DNA of 64,000 bases from Planctomycetota bacterium (GCA_021161675.1 JAGHAF010000077.1:7404-71403); one strand, 5' to 3'. Shown: positions 19,179-29,582, counted from the first letter of the stretch. Notes: generated by a model not told the origin, from the letters alone. Numbers and translations: made by a program.

Positions 19179-20931
19179 GATTGACCGGCAGGAAGGCGCC
19201 GTGATCCGCGTCAACGGGCCAATCATACACGCGGAGGGCATGGGCCACGTGGGCGCCTTCGAGGTGGTCAAAGTGGGCGCGGACGGCCTGATTGGCGAAG
19301 TGCTCAAGCTGGCGGGCGACGTGGCCACCATCCAGGTTTACGAATACACCGGCGGCCTAAAACCCGGAGACGTGGTAAAGGCCACGGGAAGCGCCCTGGC
19401 CGTGACTCTGGCGCCCGGACTTCTGGGCAACATCTTCGACGGATTGCAGCGCCCGTTGCGCGTCCTGGCCGAGCGGGACGACGCCTTCCTGCAAGTGGGC
19501 GCGCAGGCCGAGCCGCTCGACCCCGATAGACTGTGGCGCTTCGAACCGACCGTTAAGCCGGGAGAGGAACTCCACGAGGGCCAGCCCTTCGCTGTGGTGA
19601 AGGAGTCCCCCATTATTGATCACCGGCTCATGGCGCCACCCGGCATGAGCGGGACAGTGAGCGAGATCAAACCCGCCGGCGAGTATACGATCTCGCAGAC
19701 CCTCTGTGCGCTGGATACGCCGCAGGGGAAACGGCAGCTCACGATGGTCCAGCGCTGGCCGGTGCGCCGGCCACGCCCGAAGGCGGGTCGCAAGACCAGT
19801 AACGAAGTTCTCGTGACGGGCCAGAGGGTCATAGACACACTGTTCCCGGTGAGCAAGGGCGGGGTCGCCTGCCTGCCGGGCGATTTCGGCACGGGCAAAA
19901 CCGTGCTCCAGCAGCAGTTGGCCAAGTGGAGTGACGCAGACATTATCGTCTACGTGGGCTGCGGCGAACGCGGCAACGAGATGGCCGACGTGCTCAGAAC
20001 TTTCCCTGAGCTTGAAGACCCCAGGACCGGACGAGCCCTGATGGAGCGCACCATCCTGGTGGCCAACACTTCCAACATGCCGGTCGCCGCCCGTGAGGTA
20101 TCCATCTACACCGGCATCACGCTGGCGGAGTACTACCGTGACATGGGATATGCCGTGGCGCTGATGGCGGACTCGACCAGCCGCTGGGCGGAGGCGCTCC
20201 GGGAGGCCAGCAGCCGCCTTGAGGAGATGCCGGCGGAGCAGGGCTACCCGGCCTACCTGTCCGCCCGGTTGGCCCAGTTCTACGAGCGGGCGGGCCTGGT
20301 CCGGACCCTGGGCGGCGCCGAGGGCAGCCTGAGCGTGATCGGGGCCGTCAGCCCGCCGGGCGGCGACTTCAGCGAGCCGGTGACCCAGCATACGATGCGC
20401 TTCACCCGCTGCCTCTGGGCGCTGGAGCGCAGCCTGGCGCACGCCCGTCACTACCCCGCCGTGAGCTGGACGGACAGCTACAGCCAGTACCTGAGCGACG
20501 TGGCGCCGTGGTGGGAGAGCCACGATCCGGACTGGCTCAGCCAGAGGGGGGAGATAGTGGACCTGCTCTCGGAGGAAAGGAACCTTCAGGAGATCGTCAA
20601 GCTGGTCGGCCCGGACGTGCTGCCCGACGCTCAGCGACTCACGCTCCTGGTGGCGGACCTGTTCAAGACGGGCTTTCTCCAGCAAGACGCCACGGACCCC
20701 GTTGACACGTTCTGTGTGCCTGGCAAACAGGTCAAACTCCTGCGGGCGTTCGTCATGTTCTATCGCCGGGCCAGCGCCATCATCCAACGGGGCGCGCCCA
20801 TCAGCCGGGTGCGCGAGATGGACGTGACTCAGCGGCTCCGACGCGCCAAGATGCTCGAAGAGAAGGAGCTGGACAATCTGCTCGCAGAACTGGAAGCGCG
20901 GATGGATAAACTGGAGCAACAGTACACATGA
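19171..20931 (+). CDS. atpA: A/V-type ATP synthase catalytic subunit A
   Basis: 586 aa; Walker [22 protein letters not shown] and the non-homologous region typical of the A subunit. Confidence 0.95.
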   Translation: MNEIDRQEGAVIRVNGPIIHAEGMGHVGAFEVVKVGADGLIGEVLKLAGDVATIQVYEYTGGLKPGDVVKATGSALAVTLAPGLLGNIFDGLQRPLRVLAERDDAFLQVGAQAEPLDPDRLWRFEPTVKPGEELHEGQPFAVVKESPIIDHRLMAPPGMSGTVSEIKPAGEYTISQTLCALDTPQGKRQLTMVQRWPVRRPRPKAGRKTSNEVLVTGQRVIDTLFPVSKGGVACLPGDFGTGKTVLQQQLAKWSDADIIVYVGCGERGNEMADVLRTFPELEDPRTGRALMERTILVANTSNMPVAAREVSIYTGITLAEYYRDMGYAVALMADSTSRWAEALREASSRLEEMPAEQGYPAYLSARLAQFYERAGLVRTLGGAEGSLSVIGAVSPPGGDFSEPVTQHTMRFTRCLWALERSLAHARHYPAVSWTDSYSQYLSDVAPWWESHDPDWLSQRGEIVDLLSEERNLQEIVKLVGPDVLPDAQRLTLLVADLFKTGFLQQDATDPVDTFCVPGKQVKLLRAFVMFYRRASAIIQRGAPISRVREMDVTQRLRRAKMLEEKELDNLLAELEARMDKLEQQYT

Positions 20932-22319
20932 TTCGCGACAATCCAGTCCAATACGTGGGCGTTGATAGGATAGATGAGCCTCTGATTTACCTGTCAGGCG
21001 TGCGGGACGTCGGCTACGACGAGACCGTCCAGGTCGCCGATCAACAGGGGAGCTACCGCCCCGGCACAGTGCTGGAGGTGGGCCGGAACCGGGCGGTGGT
21101 GCAGGTGCTGGGCGGCACGACCGGGCTTTCCACCTCGCAGACGCGGGTCCGATTCGAGGGCGCCCCCTTCAGCGTCCGCGTGACTGAAGACATGCTCGGC
21201 AGGGCCTTCGACGGGCTGGGGCGGCCAATTGACGGCGGGCCGAGCCCCATCGGCGGCGAAGAGCGCGCGGTCAGCGGCGTGCCCATCAACCCCGCCGCCC
21301 GGGCCTATCCGACCGATTTCATTCACACGGGCGTCAGCATAATCGACGGCTCCAACAGCCTGATCCGCGGGCAGAAACTGCCCATCTTCAGCGGCAACGG
21401 CCTACCGCATCAGCAGCTGACCGCCCAGATCGTCCGGCAGGCCACCATCGCCGAGGCGGAATCCTTCGCGGTTGTGCTGGCGGGCATGGGCATAAAGAAC
21501 GACGAGGCCGATTACTTCCGCCACAGCTTCGAGGACGCCGGCGCCCTCGGCAAGGTGGCCCTGTTCCTCAGCCCCGCAGACGCGCCGAGCGTCGAGAGAA
21601 TCCTCACCCCGCAGGTCGCACTGACGCTGGCTGAATACCTGGCCTTCGAGAGGGATATGCACGTCCTGGTCCTGCTGACGGACATGACCAACTACTGCGA
21701 CGCGCTGCGCGAAATCAGCAGCGCGCGTGACGAGATACCGGCCCGCAAGGGCTACCCGGGACACCTCTACAGCGATCTGGCCGCGATTTACGAGCGCGCG
21801 GGCCGCATCAAGGGCGCCGAGGGCTCGATCACGCAGATACCCATCCTGACCATGCCGTCCGACGACATAAGCCATCCCGTGCCGGACCTGACCGGCTACA
21901 TCACCGAGGGGCAGATAGTGAGCGAGCGAGGTCTGTTCCTGAAGGGCATTTACCCCCCCATTGACGCCCTGGGCAGCCTGTCGCGCCTGATGAAGGACGG
22001 CGTGGGAAAGGGCTTCACCCGGGATGACCACATCGCCGTCTCAAACCAGCTCTACGCGGCCTACAGCCGGGTGGAGGACGTGCGCGGGCTCGCCTCCGTC
22101 ATTGGCGAAGACGAACTGTCCCCGGCGGATCGGCAATTCCTCGAGTTCGGGGATGCCTTCGAGAGGCAATACCTCGCCCAGGGAGAAAACGAAAACCGAA
22201 CGATCGAGCAGACGCTGGATACGGCCTGGAAGGTGATCAGCATTCTACCCCGAAGCGAGCTGGTTCGACTCAACGACCAGATGTTGGACCAGCATTACAG
22301 CCGTCAGGAGCAGGACTGA
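20928..22319 (+). CDS. atpB: A/V-type ATP synthase subunit B
   Basis: 463 aa; conserved B-subunit blocks ([52 protein letters not shown]). Confidence 0.95.
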   Translation: MIRDNPVQYVGVDRIDEPLIYLSGVRDVGYDETVQVADQQGSYRPGTVLEVGRNRAVVQVLGGTTGLSTSQTRVRFEGAPFSVRVTEDMLGRAFDGLGRPIDGGPSPIGGEERAVSGVPINPAARAYPTDFIHTGVSIIDGSNSLIRGQKLPIFSGNGLPHQQLTAQIVRQATIAEAESFAVVLAGMGIKNDEADYFRHSFEDAGALGKVALFLSPADAPSVERILTPQVALTLAEYLAFERDMHVLVLLTDMTNYCDALREISSARDEIPARKGYPGHLYSDLAAIYERAGRIKGAEGSITQIPILTMPSDDISHPVPDLTGYITEGQIVSERGLFLKGIYPPIDALGSLSRLMKDGVGKGFTRDDHIAVSNQLYAAYSRVEDVRGLASVIGEDELSPADRQFLEFGDAFERQYLAQGENENRTIEQTLDTAWKVISILPRSELVRLNDQMLDQHYSRQEQD

Positions 22320-22981
22320 TGCCGGAGATGAACTACACGCCCACGCAAAGGAACTACCTTGAGATCCAGCGTACGCTCAAGCGCGTTCAACAGGGCCACG
22401 ATCTACTGGAGAAGAAGCGTCAGATACTGGTGAGCGAACTGATGACCAGGGTGGAAGCCGCGCGGCGTATCAAAGAGCAGGTCAACGAAGCCATGCAGAA
22501 GGCTTACCGGGCGGAGCGCCGAGCCGCCGCCCGCTGCGGCCTGAGCGAAATGGCGCGGCTCAGCTTCGCGGCGCGAACGGAACCGTCCCTGAGCGTGACC
22601 TCGCACTCCGTCATGGGCGTTCCCGTCCCGCGCATCGACTGCAAGCCTCAGAAAATCTCCCTCCAGTTCGGGCTGATGGCCGGGGCAAGCCACGTGGACC
22701 AGGTGATGGAGCGATTCCTGGAAGCGGCGCCCCTGGTGGCCGAACTGGCCGAGGTGGATAACGCCGTCTTCCGGCTGGCCCGCGAGGTGCAGCGCACGCG
22801 GCGGCGCGTCAACGCCCTTGAAAAGAGCTATATACCGCAGTATAAGAAAGTCCTGAAGTACATCGAAGAGGCGCTCGCAGAGCGCCGCAGGGAGGAGTTC
22901 ATCGTCCTGCGGAAGGTAAAGTCCAAGCGGCAGGCTCTGATGTCCGGCAAACCCGGGAAGGCCTCCTTCAGCGCGCGGTAG
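22319..22981 (+). CDS. atpD: A/V-type ATP synthase subunit D
   Basis: 220-aa coiled-coil protein; N-terminus NYTPTQRNYLEIQRTLKRVQQGHDLLEKKRQILVSEL is typical of subunit D. Confidence 0.85.
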   Translation: MPEMNYTPTQRNYLEIQRTLKRVQQGHDLLEKKRQILVSELMTRVEAARRIKEQVNEAMQKAYRAERRAAARCGLSEMARLSFAARTEPSLSVTSHSVMGVPVPRIDCKPQKISLQFGLMAGASHVDQVMERFLEAAPLVAELAEVDNAVFRLAREVQRTRRRVNALEKSYIPQYKKVLKYIEEALAERRREEFIVLRKVKSKRQALMSGKPGKASFSAR

Positions 22982-22984
22982 AAA

Positions 22985-23437
22985 ATGGCCAGACAGACGT
23001 ACTCCACAATTCTGCTCTTCACGGAGGGCAGTGAGGCGGGCATGAAAGCGGCCCGCAACGCCATCAGCCTGGCCGCGGACGAGGGGGCCACCCTCATCTG
23101 CGCCGGCATCGTAGACACCAACATGCTCAAGCAACTGCTTCAATACCACATCTTCGTCGAAGAAGAGATGGAGGAATACGACCAGGAACTCGAAGCCTCC
23201 TGCCGCAAACAGCTCCACTACGTCACCGAGCTTGCGGAGCAGACCAACGTGACCTGCCGCACCGTGCTGCTGCGGGGCGCCTGCCACAGCGCGCTGCTGC
23301 GCCAGCAGCGCGAGAGCAACGCCGACCTGCTGGTGATGGGCGCGTTCCGGGCCAGCACCACGCGGCGAGACCTGCTCGCCCATGAGAAACAGCTCGTAAT
23401 CGACGAAGTCCCCTGCCACGTCCTGCTGGTGCGCTGA
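22985..23437 (+). CDS. universal stress protein (UspA family)
   Basis: 150 aa; ILLFTEGSEAG ... ADLLVMGAFRASTTRRDLLAHEKQLVIDEVPCHVLLVR. Confidence 0.8.
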   Translation: MARQTYSTILLFTEGSEAGMKAARNAISLAADEGATLICAGIVDTNMLKQLLQYHIFVEEEMEEYDQELEASCRKQLHYVTELAEQTNVTCRTVLLRGACHSALLRQQRESNADLLVMGAFRASTTRRDLLAHEKQLVIDEVPCHVLLVR

Positions 23438-23461
23438 CGCGACTCCTCCACTCTGGAGTGA

Positions 23462-23983
23462 TTGACCATGAAAGACGAAGGACTGGAACTGTTGATGACC
23501 AGGCGCAGCATTCGTAACTACACGGATGGGCCCGTCACGGACGACGAAGTCCGCCAGATGCTCGACGCCGCAATGGCCGCTCCATCCGCAGGCAACCAGC
23601 AGCCGTGGCATTTCGTGGTGATCCGCGACCGCCAGATTATGGGCCGCATCATGGAGGCGCACCCATATTCGCAGATGCTCTCGGGCGCGCAGGTATGCGT
23701 CGCGGTGCTGGCGGAGCTCGCCCTGGAGAGACACAAAGGCTACTGGGTCCAGGACTGCTCCGCGGCCACGCAGAACCTGCTGCTCGCCGCGCACGCGCTC
23801 GGCCTGGGCGCCGTCTGGCTTGGCGTCTACCCGACGGGCGATCGCGAAAGAGACATCAAGGATATCCTGGGCCTGCCGGAAGGGGTCCGTTGTCTCTGCC
23901 TGGTTTCCATCGGCCGCCCGGCCCGTCCCTCCGGCCGGGCGGATCGCTACGATGAGAGCCGCGTCCACCAGGAAAAGTGGTAG
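23462..23983 (+). CDS. nitroreductase family protein
   Basis: RRSIRNYTDGPVTDDEVRQMLDAAMAAPSAGNQQPWHFVVIRD is the canonical nitroreductase N-terminus. Confidence 0.85.
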   Translation: MTMKDEGLELLMTRRSIRNYTDGPVTDDEVRQMLDAAMAAPSAGNQQPWHFVVIRDRQIMGRIMEAHPYSQMLSGAQVCVAVLAELALERHKGYWVQDCSAATQNLLLAAHALGLGAVWLGVYPTGDRERDIKDILGLPEGVRCLCLVSIGRPARPSGRADRYDESRVHQEKW

Positions 23984-23986
23984 GGC

Positions 23987-24298
23987 TCAGAGAGCGATCA
24001 CCAGGACAACGACGAGAAGGAGCGCCATAAGCGCAATGGCCAGCGCCCAGACGGCCAGCCCCCCACCCCCGGCGGCGTCCCGGCCGAACTCCCGGCGAAT
24101 GAAGTCCTCGTAGTCGAACTCGTCGTCTTTGCTGTAGCCGGTGGGAATCCCGGCGCCCCACTTGCCGGCGTCCTCCGCCCAGCCGGTCAGTTCGTCGGAA
24201 CCGCACTGCGGGCACACGCGGGCGTCCCAGGCCACCTCCGCCCCACAGTGTGGGCAGATGAAATAATCGTCGTCCGGCTCCCGGCCTCTGGGGCCCAT
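23987..24298 (-). CDS. zinc-ribbon protein with C-terminal transmembrane anchor
   Basis: CPHCGAEVAWDARVCPQCG (CxxC ... CxxC) followed by AVWALAIALMALLLVVVLVIAL; start taken at the internal ATG (24298). Confidence 0.5.
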   Translation of the reverse strand: MGPRGREPDDDYFICPHCGAEVAWDARVCPQCGSDELTGWAEDAGKWGAGIPTGYSKDDEFDYEDFIRREFGRDAAGGGGLAVWALAIALMALLLVVVLVIAL

Positions 24299-24415
24299 AG
24301 CTCTTCCCGCAGATAATTCAGCCGCGCCAATCACGCTGTTCCATCATAACTACGCGGCCACGGCGCCGCAACAGGTAAATCCGAACTTGAAGCGTCTCGG
24401 ATTGCCCCCGTCGCC

Positions 24416-24444
24416 TTGACAGGATGAGCCCGCCGGGATATAGT
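24416..24444 (+). promoter_or_regulatory. near-consensus sigma-70 promoter (TTGACA-N17-TATAGT) upstream of gap
   Basis: TTGACA at 24416-24421, 17-nt spacer, TATAGT at 24439-24444; located 140 bp upstream of gap. Confidence 0.5.
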
Positions 24445-24588
24445 TAAGCGAGCCATGGGGGTCGCACTCGCCGTGGCTTTCCATAACACAAATCACGGGC
24501 GGCTGCGCCGGCCCCCGGGTTTGCTTTGTTTCTCGATAGTCCGCATTGTCGCACTGTTCGCTTCTGTTACAGGAGGATGTAAGTTCAC

Positions 24589-25602
24589 ATGCCTATTACC
24601 GTCGGTATTAACGGATTTGGAAGGATAGGACGTCTGGTGTTTCGGGCCTTGATGGAACGGGACAACTTTGAGGTGAAGGCGGTCAACGACCTGGCCGACG
24701 CCGAGGACCTGGCCTACCTCTTGAGACACGACACCGTCCACGGAGCTTATCCCGGCGAGGTCCAAGTCGATGGGGACACTCTCGTAGTGGACGGCGCCCG
24801 GGTGCCCGTGCTCAGCGAGCGGGACCCCGCAAAGCTGCCCTGGGCCGAGATGGGCGTTTACTTCGCGGTCGAGTCCACCGGCATCTTCCGCTCCCGCAGC
24901 GGCGAGCGAGGCGGCTACGGCGACCACCTCAAAGCCGGCGCCCGGAAAGTCCTGCTCACCGTGCCCGCCAAAGACGAGGTGGACGCGACCATCGTCCTGG
25001 GCGTCAACGACGAGATGCTCAGCCCCGACGACACCTGCATCTCGAACGCCTCCTGCACCACCAATTGCCTCGGGCCGGTGGCCAAGGTGCTAAACGATAA
25101 CTTCTCGATCATCTGCGGGACAATGACGACCGTGCACGGCTACACCGGCGACCAGAGACCCGTGGACCAGATCCACAAGAATCCCGCCCGCGGACGCGCC
25201 GCCGCAGCCAACATCATCCCCACCTCCACCGGCGCGGCAAAGGCCATCGGCAAGGCCATCCCGGCGCTCGCGGGCATCATGGACGGCATGGCTCTGCGCG
25301 TGCCGGTGCCCGACGGCTCCGTGGTGGACCTAGTGGCGGAGTGCGAAAGGGACGCCACCGTCGAGGCCGTCAACGCCGCCATGAAAGAGGCCGCCGAGGG
25401 CGAGCTGAAGGGCATAATGAAATACAGCGACGAGCCGCTCGTCAGCAGCGACTGCGTGGGCGACCCGCACAGCGCCATCTTCTGCGCCGTCAACACCATA
25501 GTGGTCAGTAAGAAGTTGGTGAAGGTAATCGCCCTCTACGACAACGAATGGGGCTACTCCAACCGCGTCGTGGACCTTATGGACAAGGCCGCCGCCCTGT
25601 AG
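24589..25602 (+). CDS. gap: glyceraldehyde-3-phosphate dehydrogenase
   Basis: GINGFGRIGRLVFRA and the active-site SNASCTTNCL motif. Confidence 0.95.
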   Translation: MPITVGINGFGRIGRLVFRALMERDNFEVKAVNDLADAEDLAYLLRHDTVHGAYPGEVQVDGDTLVVDGARVPVLSERDPAKLPWAEMGVYFAVESTGIFRSRSGERGGYGDHLKAGARKVLLTVPAKDEVDATIVLGVNDEMLSPDDTCISNASCTTNCLGPVAKVLNDNFSIICGTMTTVHGYTGDQRPVDQIHKNPARGRAAAANIIPTSTGAAKAIGKAIPALAGIMDGMALRVPVPDGSVVDLVAECERDATVEAVNAAMKEAAEGELKGIMKYSDEPLVSSDCVGDPHSAIFCAVNTIVVSKKLVKVIALYDNEWGYSNRVVDLMDKAAAL

Positions 25603-25721
25603 GCGAGTCGCCTCACACCGGCGCGCAGAGCTGGACCGGGGCGCTCCCTTCAAGGGGGGAAGCGCCCCGCTTCTTCAGTCCGTAGCGAGGCGCCAGCCCG
25701 GCGAAACCTTAGAGGAAAACA

Positions 25722-26891
25722 ATGAAGACCATCCGTGACCTGGCCGAGCAGTTGCGCGGCAAGAACGTGCTGATGCGCGTGGATTTCAACCTCCCGCTCG
25801 ACAAGAAGACGGGCGAGATAACCAATGACCTGCGCATTCGCAGGGCGATGCCCACCATCGAACTGGCCCGCGAGCGCGGCGCCAGGGTGATCCTGCTCAG
25901 CCACCTGGGCAGGCCCAAGGGGGAACGCGTCCCCCGGCTCAGCCTCCGGAAAGTGGCCGTGCGCCTGGGAGAGTTGATCGGCGCCGAAGTGGGCTTCGTC
26001 CCCGACTGCATCGGCCCACAGGTCAGCGAAGCCGTCCGGAAGATGCAAGACGGCGACCTGCTCATGCTGGAGAACACCCGCTTCCACCCCGGCGAGAAGG
26101 CGAACGATCCAGACTTCGCCCGGCAGCTCGCGCGGCCCGCCGACATCTTCATCAACGACGCTTTCGGCACGGCTCACCGCGCAGACGCCTCCACCGTAGG
26201 GGTGGCCGACTACCTGCCCGCCGCCGCCGGGCTGCTCATCGAGAAGGAGGTCAATTACCTGTCCCGCGCCACCAGCGCTTCGGAGCATCCCTACGTGGCG
26301 ATCATGGGCGGCGCAAAAGTCTCCGACAAGATCGAGGTCATCCGCAACCTGCTCGACAAGGTGGACGTCCTCCTGATCGGCGGCGCCATGGCCTATACCT
26401 TCCTGAAACAACAGGGTGTCGGCGTCGGCGCCTCCCTGGTGGAGGATGACCGGCTGGACGTGGCGGCCCGGCTGCTCCGGCAGGCCGACGGCAAGATCAT
26501 CCTCCCCGTGGATCACGTCTGCGGAAAGGAAATCGCCCCCGATACGCAGGCGAAAACCTTCCAGGACGAAATCCCCGACGGCTGGATCGGACTTGACATT
26601 GGCCCGCGGACGGCCGCATCCTACGCGGAAAGAATCCGAAACGCGGCCCTCGTGACCTGGAACGGCCCGGTGGGATACTTCGAGATCGAGAAGTTCTCCG
26701 AAGGGACCAGGGCGATCGCCCGGGCCATGGCCGGCTCCTCCGCCGACACCATCATCGGCGGCGGCGAGACCGCCGAGGCGGTTGAGGCGCTGGGCCTGGA
26801 CGGGCGGATGTCCCACGTCTCGACGGGCGGCGGCGCCTGCCTCAGCTTCCTGGGCGGCGAAGAGCTGCCCGGCATCGCGGCGTTAGAATAG
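25722..26891 (+). CDS. pgk: phosphoglycerate kinase
   Basis: VLMRVDFNLPL ... ILLSHLGRPKG and a C-terminal GGGA region; 389 aa. Confidence 0.95.
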   Translation: MKTIRDLAEQLRGKNVLMRVDFNLPLDKKTGEITNDLRIRRAMPTIELARERGARVILLSHLGRPKGERVPRLSLRKVAVRLGELIGAEVGFVPDCIGPQVSEAVRKMQDGDLLMLENTRFHPGEKANDPDFARQLARPADIFINDAFGTAHRADASTVGVADYLPAAAGLLIEKEVNYLSRATSASEHPYVAIMGGAKVSDKIEVIRNLLDKVDVLLIGGAMAYTFLKQQGVGVGASLVEDDRLDVAARLLRQADGKIILPVDHVCGKEIAPDTQAKTFQDEIPDGWIGLDIGPRTAASYAERIRNAALVTWNGPVGYFEIEKFSEGTRAIARAMAGSSADTIIGGGETAEAVEALGLDGRMSHVSTGGGACLSFLGGEELPGIAALE

Positions 26892-26901
26892 GTGACACCC
26901 G

Positions 26902-27579
26902 ATGGGGATCAAGATCGCGCCCTGCGTCCTGGACGCCGACCTGACTCGCCTCCGTGAGTCCATAGCCGAAGTCGAGGAGGCCGGAGCCGACGTTCTGCAC
27001 GTGGACGCGGCGGATGGGCACTTCGCGGCCAATCTGATGGCCGGCCTCTCATTGACGCGGGCCATCGCCGAGTGCGCCACCGTTCCGGTGGGCGTGCATC
27101 TGATGATAACTGACCCTCTGCGCTACGCCCCCGCCTACGTTGACGCCGGCGCGCAGGTGGTGATCTTCCACGCAGAGACTGTGGACGACCTGCCGGACGC
27201 AGTCAACCAGATAAAGACCTCGGGCGTCCGGGTGGGAGTCGCTCTGAATCCCGACACGCCGCCGCAGGTCCTGGCGCCCGTTGTGGGGCGGCTCGACTGC
27301 GTGGTGGTCATGACCGTAGAGCCCGGGTTCAGCGGACAGGGATTCATAGAAAAGCCCTGTCGCAAAATCCCCGTATTGCGCCGGACCTTCGGATCGGGTA
27401 TAGATATCTACGTGGACGGCGGCGTCGGCCCGGAGACGGCGCCGATCGTCGTCGGTTACGGAGCGAACGTGCTTGCGGCGGCGTCGGCTATCTTCCGCGC
27501 GGACCAGCCCCCGGGGAAAGCTCTTCGGCGGCTCAGGCGGGCCGCCGAAAGAGGAATTATGAAGAGTTCCGACACTTAA
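26902..27579 (+). CDS. rpe: ribulose-phosphate 3-epimerase
   Basis: IAPCVLDADLTRL ... GADVLHVDAADGHFAANL ... VHLMITDP aligns with the Rpe family (IAPSILSADF ... HFDVMDNHYVPNL ... HLMV). Confidence 0.85.
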   Translation: MGIKIAPCVLDADLTRLRESIAEVEEAGADVLHVDAADGHFAANLMAGLSLTRAIAECATVPVGVHLMITDPLRYAPAYVDAGAQVVIFHAETVDDLPDAVNQIKTSGVRVGVALNPDTPPQVLAPVVGRLDCVVVMTVEPGFSGQGFIEKPCRKIPVLRRTFGSGIDIYVDGGVGPETAPIVVGYGANVLAAASAIFRADQPPGKALRRLRRAAERGIMKSSDT

Positions 27580-27627
27580 CTCTATGACGAATGCGACATG
27601 CTGCGAGCCGGAAGAAAGAAAAAGGAT

Positions 27628-28410
27628 ATGCCCAGCGGCCTCTTCGTTAAGTGCGGCGGCTGCGGCGAGATGGTCTATTGGAAGAGCGCCGAGCAACTGC
27701 TCCAGATATGCCCCGAATGCGGCTATCATTTCCGTATCAACGCCTGGGAGCGCATCGGCCTGCACACCGATGAGGGGTCATTCGAGGAAGTGGACGCGCA
27801 GCTCACCTCCTGCGATCCGCTGAACTTCGTGGCGAACAAGGCCTACAGCGACGCGCTGGAGAGTGACCGGGAGAAGACGGGGCTGAACGAGGCGATAGTC
27901 TGCGGGACGTGCCGCATAGAGGGTCGCCCGGCCGCTTTCGCTGCGATGGACTTCCGCTTCCGTGGGGCGAGCATGGGAAGTGCGGTGGGGGAGAAGTTCG
28001 TCCGCCTTGTGGAACTGGCCATGGAGCAAGAGCTTCCCCTTGTCACCATAGCGGCATCGGGCGGGGCTCGAATGCAGGAAAGCGCGCTGTCCCTGATGCA
28101 GATGGCGAAGACCTGCGCCGCCCTTCACCGGCTCAGCGGGCGCGGACTTCCATACATCAGCGTCTTGACACATCCCACCACCGGGGGAGTGACGGCCAGT
28201 TGGGCTTCCGTGGGGGACGTGATACTGGCCGAGCCCGGGGCGCTGATCGGCTTTGCGGGCCGTCGCGTCATCGAGCAGACCATCAACCATGAACTGCCAC
28301 CGGATTTCCAAACGGCGGAGTTTCTGCTGGATCACGGGTTCCTCGACATGATCGTCAAGCGCGGGGAGATCAAATCCACCCTCGCCAGGCTGATTGACTA
28401 CCTGAGCTGA
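27628..28410 (+). CDS. accD: acetyl-CoA carboxylase carboxyltransferase beta subunit
   Basis: N-terminal zinc finger CGGCGEMVYW ... CPECGYHFRI followed by a carboxyltransferase domain (GGARMQESALSLMQMAK). Confidence 0.9.
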   Translation: MPSGLFVKCGGCGEMVYWKSAEQLLQICPECGYHFRINAWERIGLHTDEGSFEEVDAQLTSCDPLNFVANKAYSDALESDREKTGLNEAIVCGTCRIEGRPAAFAAMDFRFRGASMGSAVGEKFVRLVELAMEQELPLVTIAASGGARMQESALSLMQMAKTCAALHRLSGRGLPYISVLTHPTTGGVTASWASVGDVILAEPGALIGFAGRRVIEQTINHELPPDFQTAEFLLDHGFLDMIVKRGEIKSTLARLIDYLS

Positions 28411-28473
28411 GCCATCTGGGATTGCTGCGTCGGGGGTTTCCACCACTGAGGCACGGAGAACACGGAGAAGGAC

Positions 28474-28850
28474 AAAGAATAAACCGCAACGACACGACGG
28501 ACACGGCGTTAGCCCGGATATTTAACGAGCATTTTCCGGATTCGTCTGCAACTCTTTACAGGGAAAGGAGTTCCGCCTCGAAAGGCACGCGATGAAAAAT
28601 GACACGCTGTTGGCGCCCGGCGAGGCGATTTTGCTCTCAGGCAAGCCCGCACAAGCTAGCTTGCGCAGGCGTGCCCATAGGCGCGTCGAGGATAGGCGAG
28701 TGCGCAGGGCGCAGCATGGGGGTAAGAGCGCCCGCTGGACGGGAAAGGCTCGTGAAATATCCGGGTTAGGAACGGAAAGCGCAGAATCGCGAATTCTGAC
28801 GTCGGCGTAATCTGTGGATGACTTCCCCTGAACCTTTTTTTCGTTTCCCC
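28474..28850 (+). ncRNA. candidate structured RNA with RNase P CR-II/III-like segment (unclassified)
   Basis: CAGGGCGCAGCAUGGGGGUAAGAGCGCCCGC resembles RNase P AGGGUGAAAnGGUGCGGUAAGAGCGCACC; CCAUAGG and GGGAAAGG motifs nearby; an 11-bp long-range pairing CCCGGATATTT / AAATATCCGGG spans about 270 nt; T-run at about 28836-28842; 570-bp gap with no credible ORF. Confidence 0.3.
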
Positions 28851-28978
28851 TTCATCCTTTTGCCTTCTTCCTTTGCTCCGTGCCCTCTGTGTCTGCATGG
28901 TGAGAGGCGCGTGACGGGTTATCCGCAGTGGCAGGACATTCCCCCCGTTACCGCTAAGTCTGGAGGCGCAAGACAGGC

Positions 28979-29581
28979 ATGAAGAAACATCTCAAAATCT
29001 TTGTCAACGGCATCGTCGTCGTGGCGCCGGCGATCATTACCATTTACGCGGTCGTCGCCGGGGCGGTCTGGCTGGACAGCCACATCCGCTTGCTGCTCCA
29101 GCATGTGTGGCCCAGCCCCTTTCCCGGCCTGGGCATCCTGCTCAGCGTGGCGGGGATTTACATGGTGGGGCTTCTGGCGCGGACCTGGCTCTTGCGCTTG
29201 CCGCTGCGCGCCGCCGAGTCCATCGTGGAGCGCATCCCGCTGGTCAAGAGCCTCTACTCCGCCATCAAGGACATGCTGCAGTTCCTCGGCGGCGGGAATG
29301 CCAAGTCCAGGGGCAAGCCGTGCATGTTGAAAGACCCCGAGGGCGACCTCTGCATGCTCGGACTCGTCACCCAACAGGATGCGGAGAGGTTCCTCTCGGA
29401 GAGCCGCGACATGGTAGGAGTCTACTTGCCGATGAGCTATCAGCTCGGAGGCTTCACCGTATACGTCCCCAGAGAACGGGTCGAGGAACTGAAGGGCGTC
29501 AGCGTCGAGCAACTGCTGAAGCTGTGCCTGACGGCCGGCGTGGGCTCGCCCGAGGAACAGGAATCTCTCAAGGAGGAGTAA
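28979..29581 (+). CDS. DUF502 family membrane protein
   Basis: MKKHLKIFVNGIVVVAPAIITIYAV ... two N-terminal TM helices plus a soluble C-terminal domain, as in DUF502. Confidence 0.65.
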   Translation: MKKHLKIFVNGIVVVAPAIITIYAVVAGAVWLDSHIRLLLQHVWPSPFPGLGILLSVAGIYMVGLLARTWLLRLPLRAAESIVERIPLVKSLYSAIKDMLQFLGGGNAKSRGKPCMLKDPEGDLCMLGLVTQQDAERFLSESRDMVGVYLPMSYQLGGFTVYVPRERVEELKGVSVEQLLKLCLTAGVGSPEEQESLKEE

Positions 29582-29582
29582 A

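Noticed and set aside
28430-28560. Possible cobalamin riboswitch (CCACUGAGG B12-box-like and AGGGAAAGG motifs) upstream of DUF502
   Set aside because: The motifs are in the wrong order for RF00174 (B12 box precedes the AGGGAA element), and the downstream gene is not a B12-related transporter or enzyme
28592-28810. 72-aa ORF inside the accD-DUF502 gap
   Set aside because: It overlaps the region with RNA-like conserved motifs and long-range pairing. The Arg-rich translation with no motif is more likely part of a non-coding RNA
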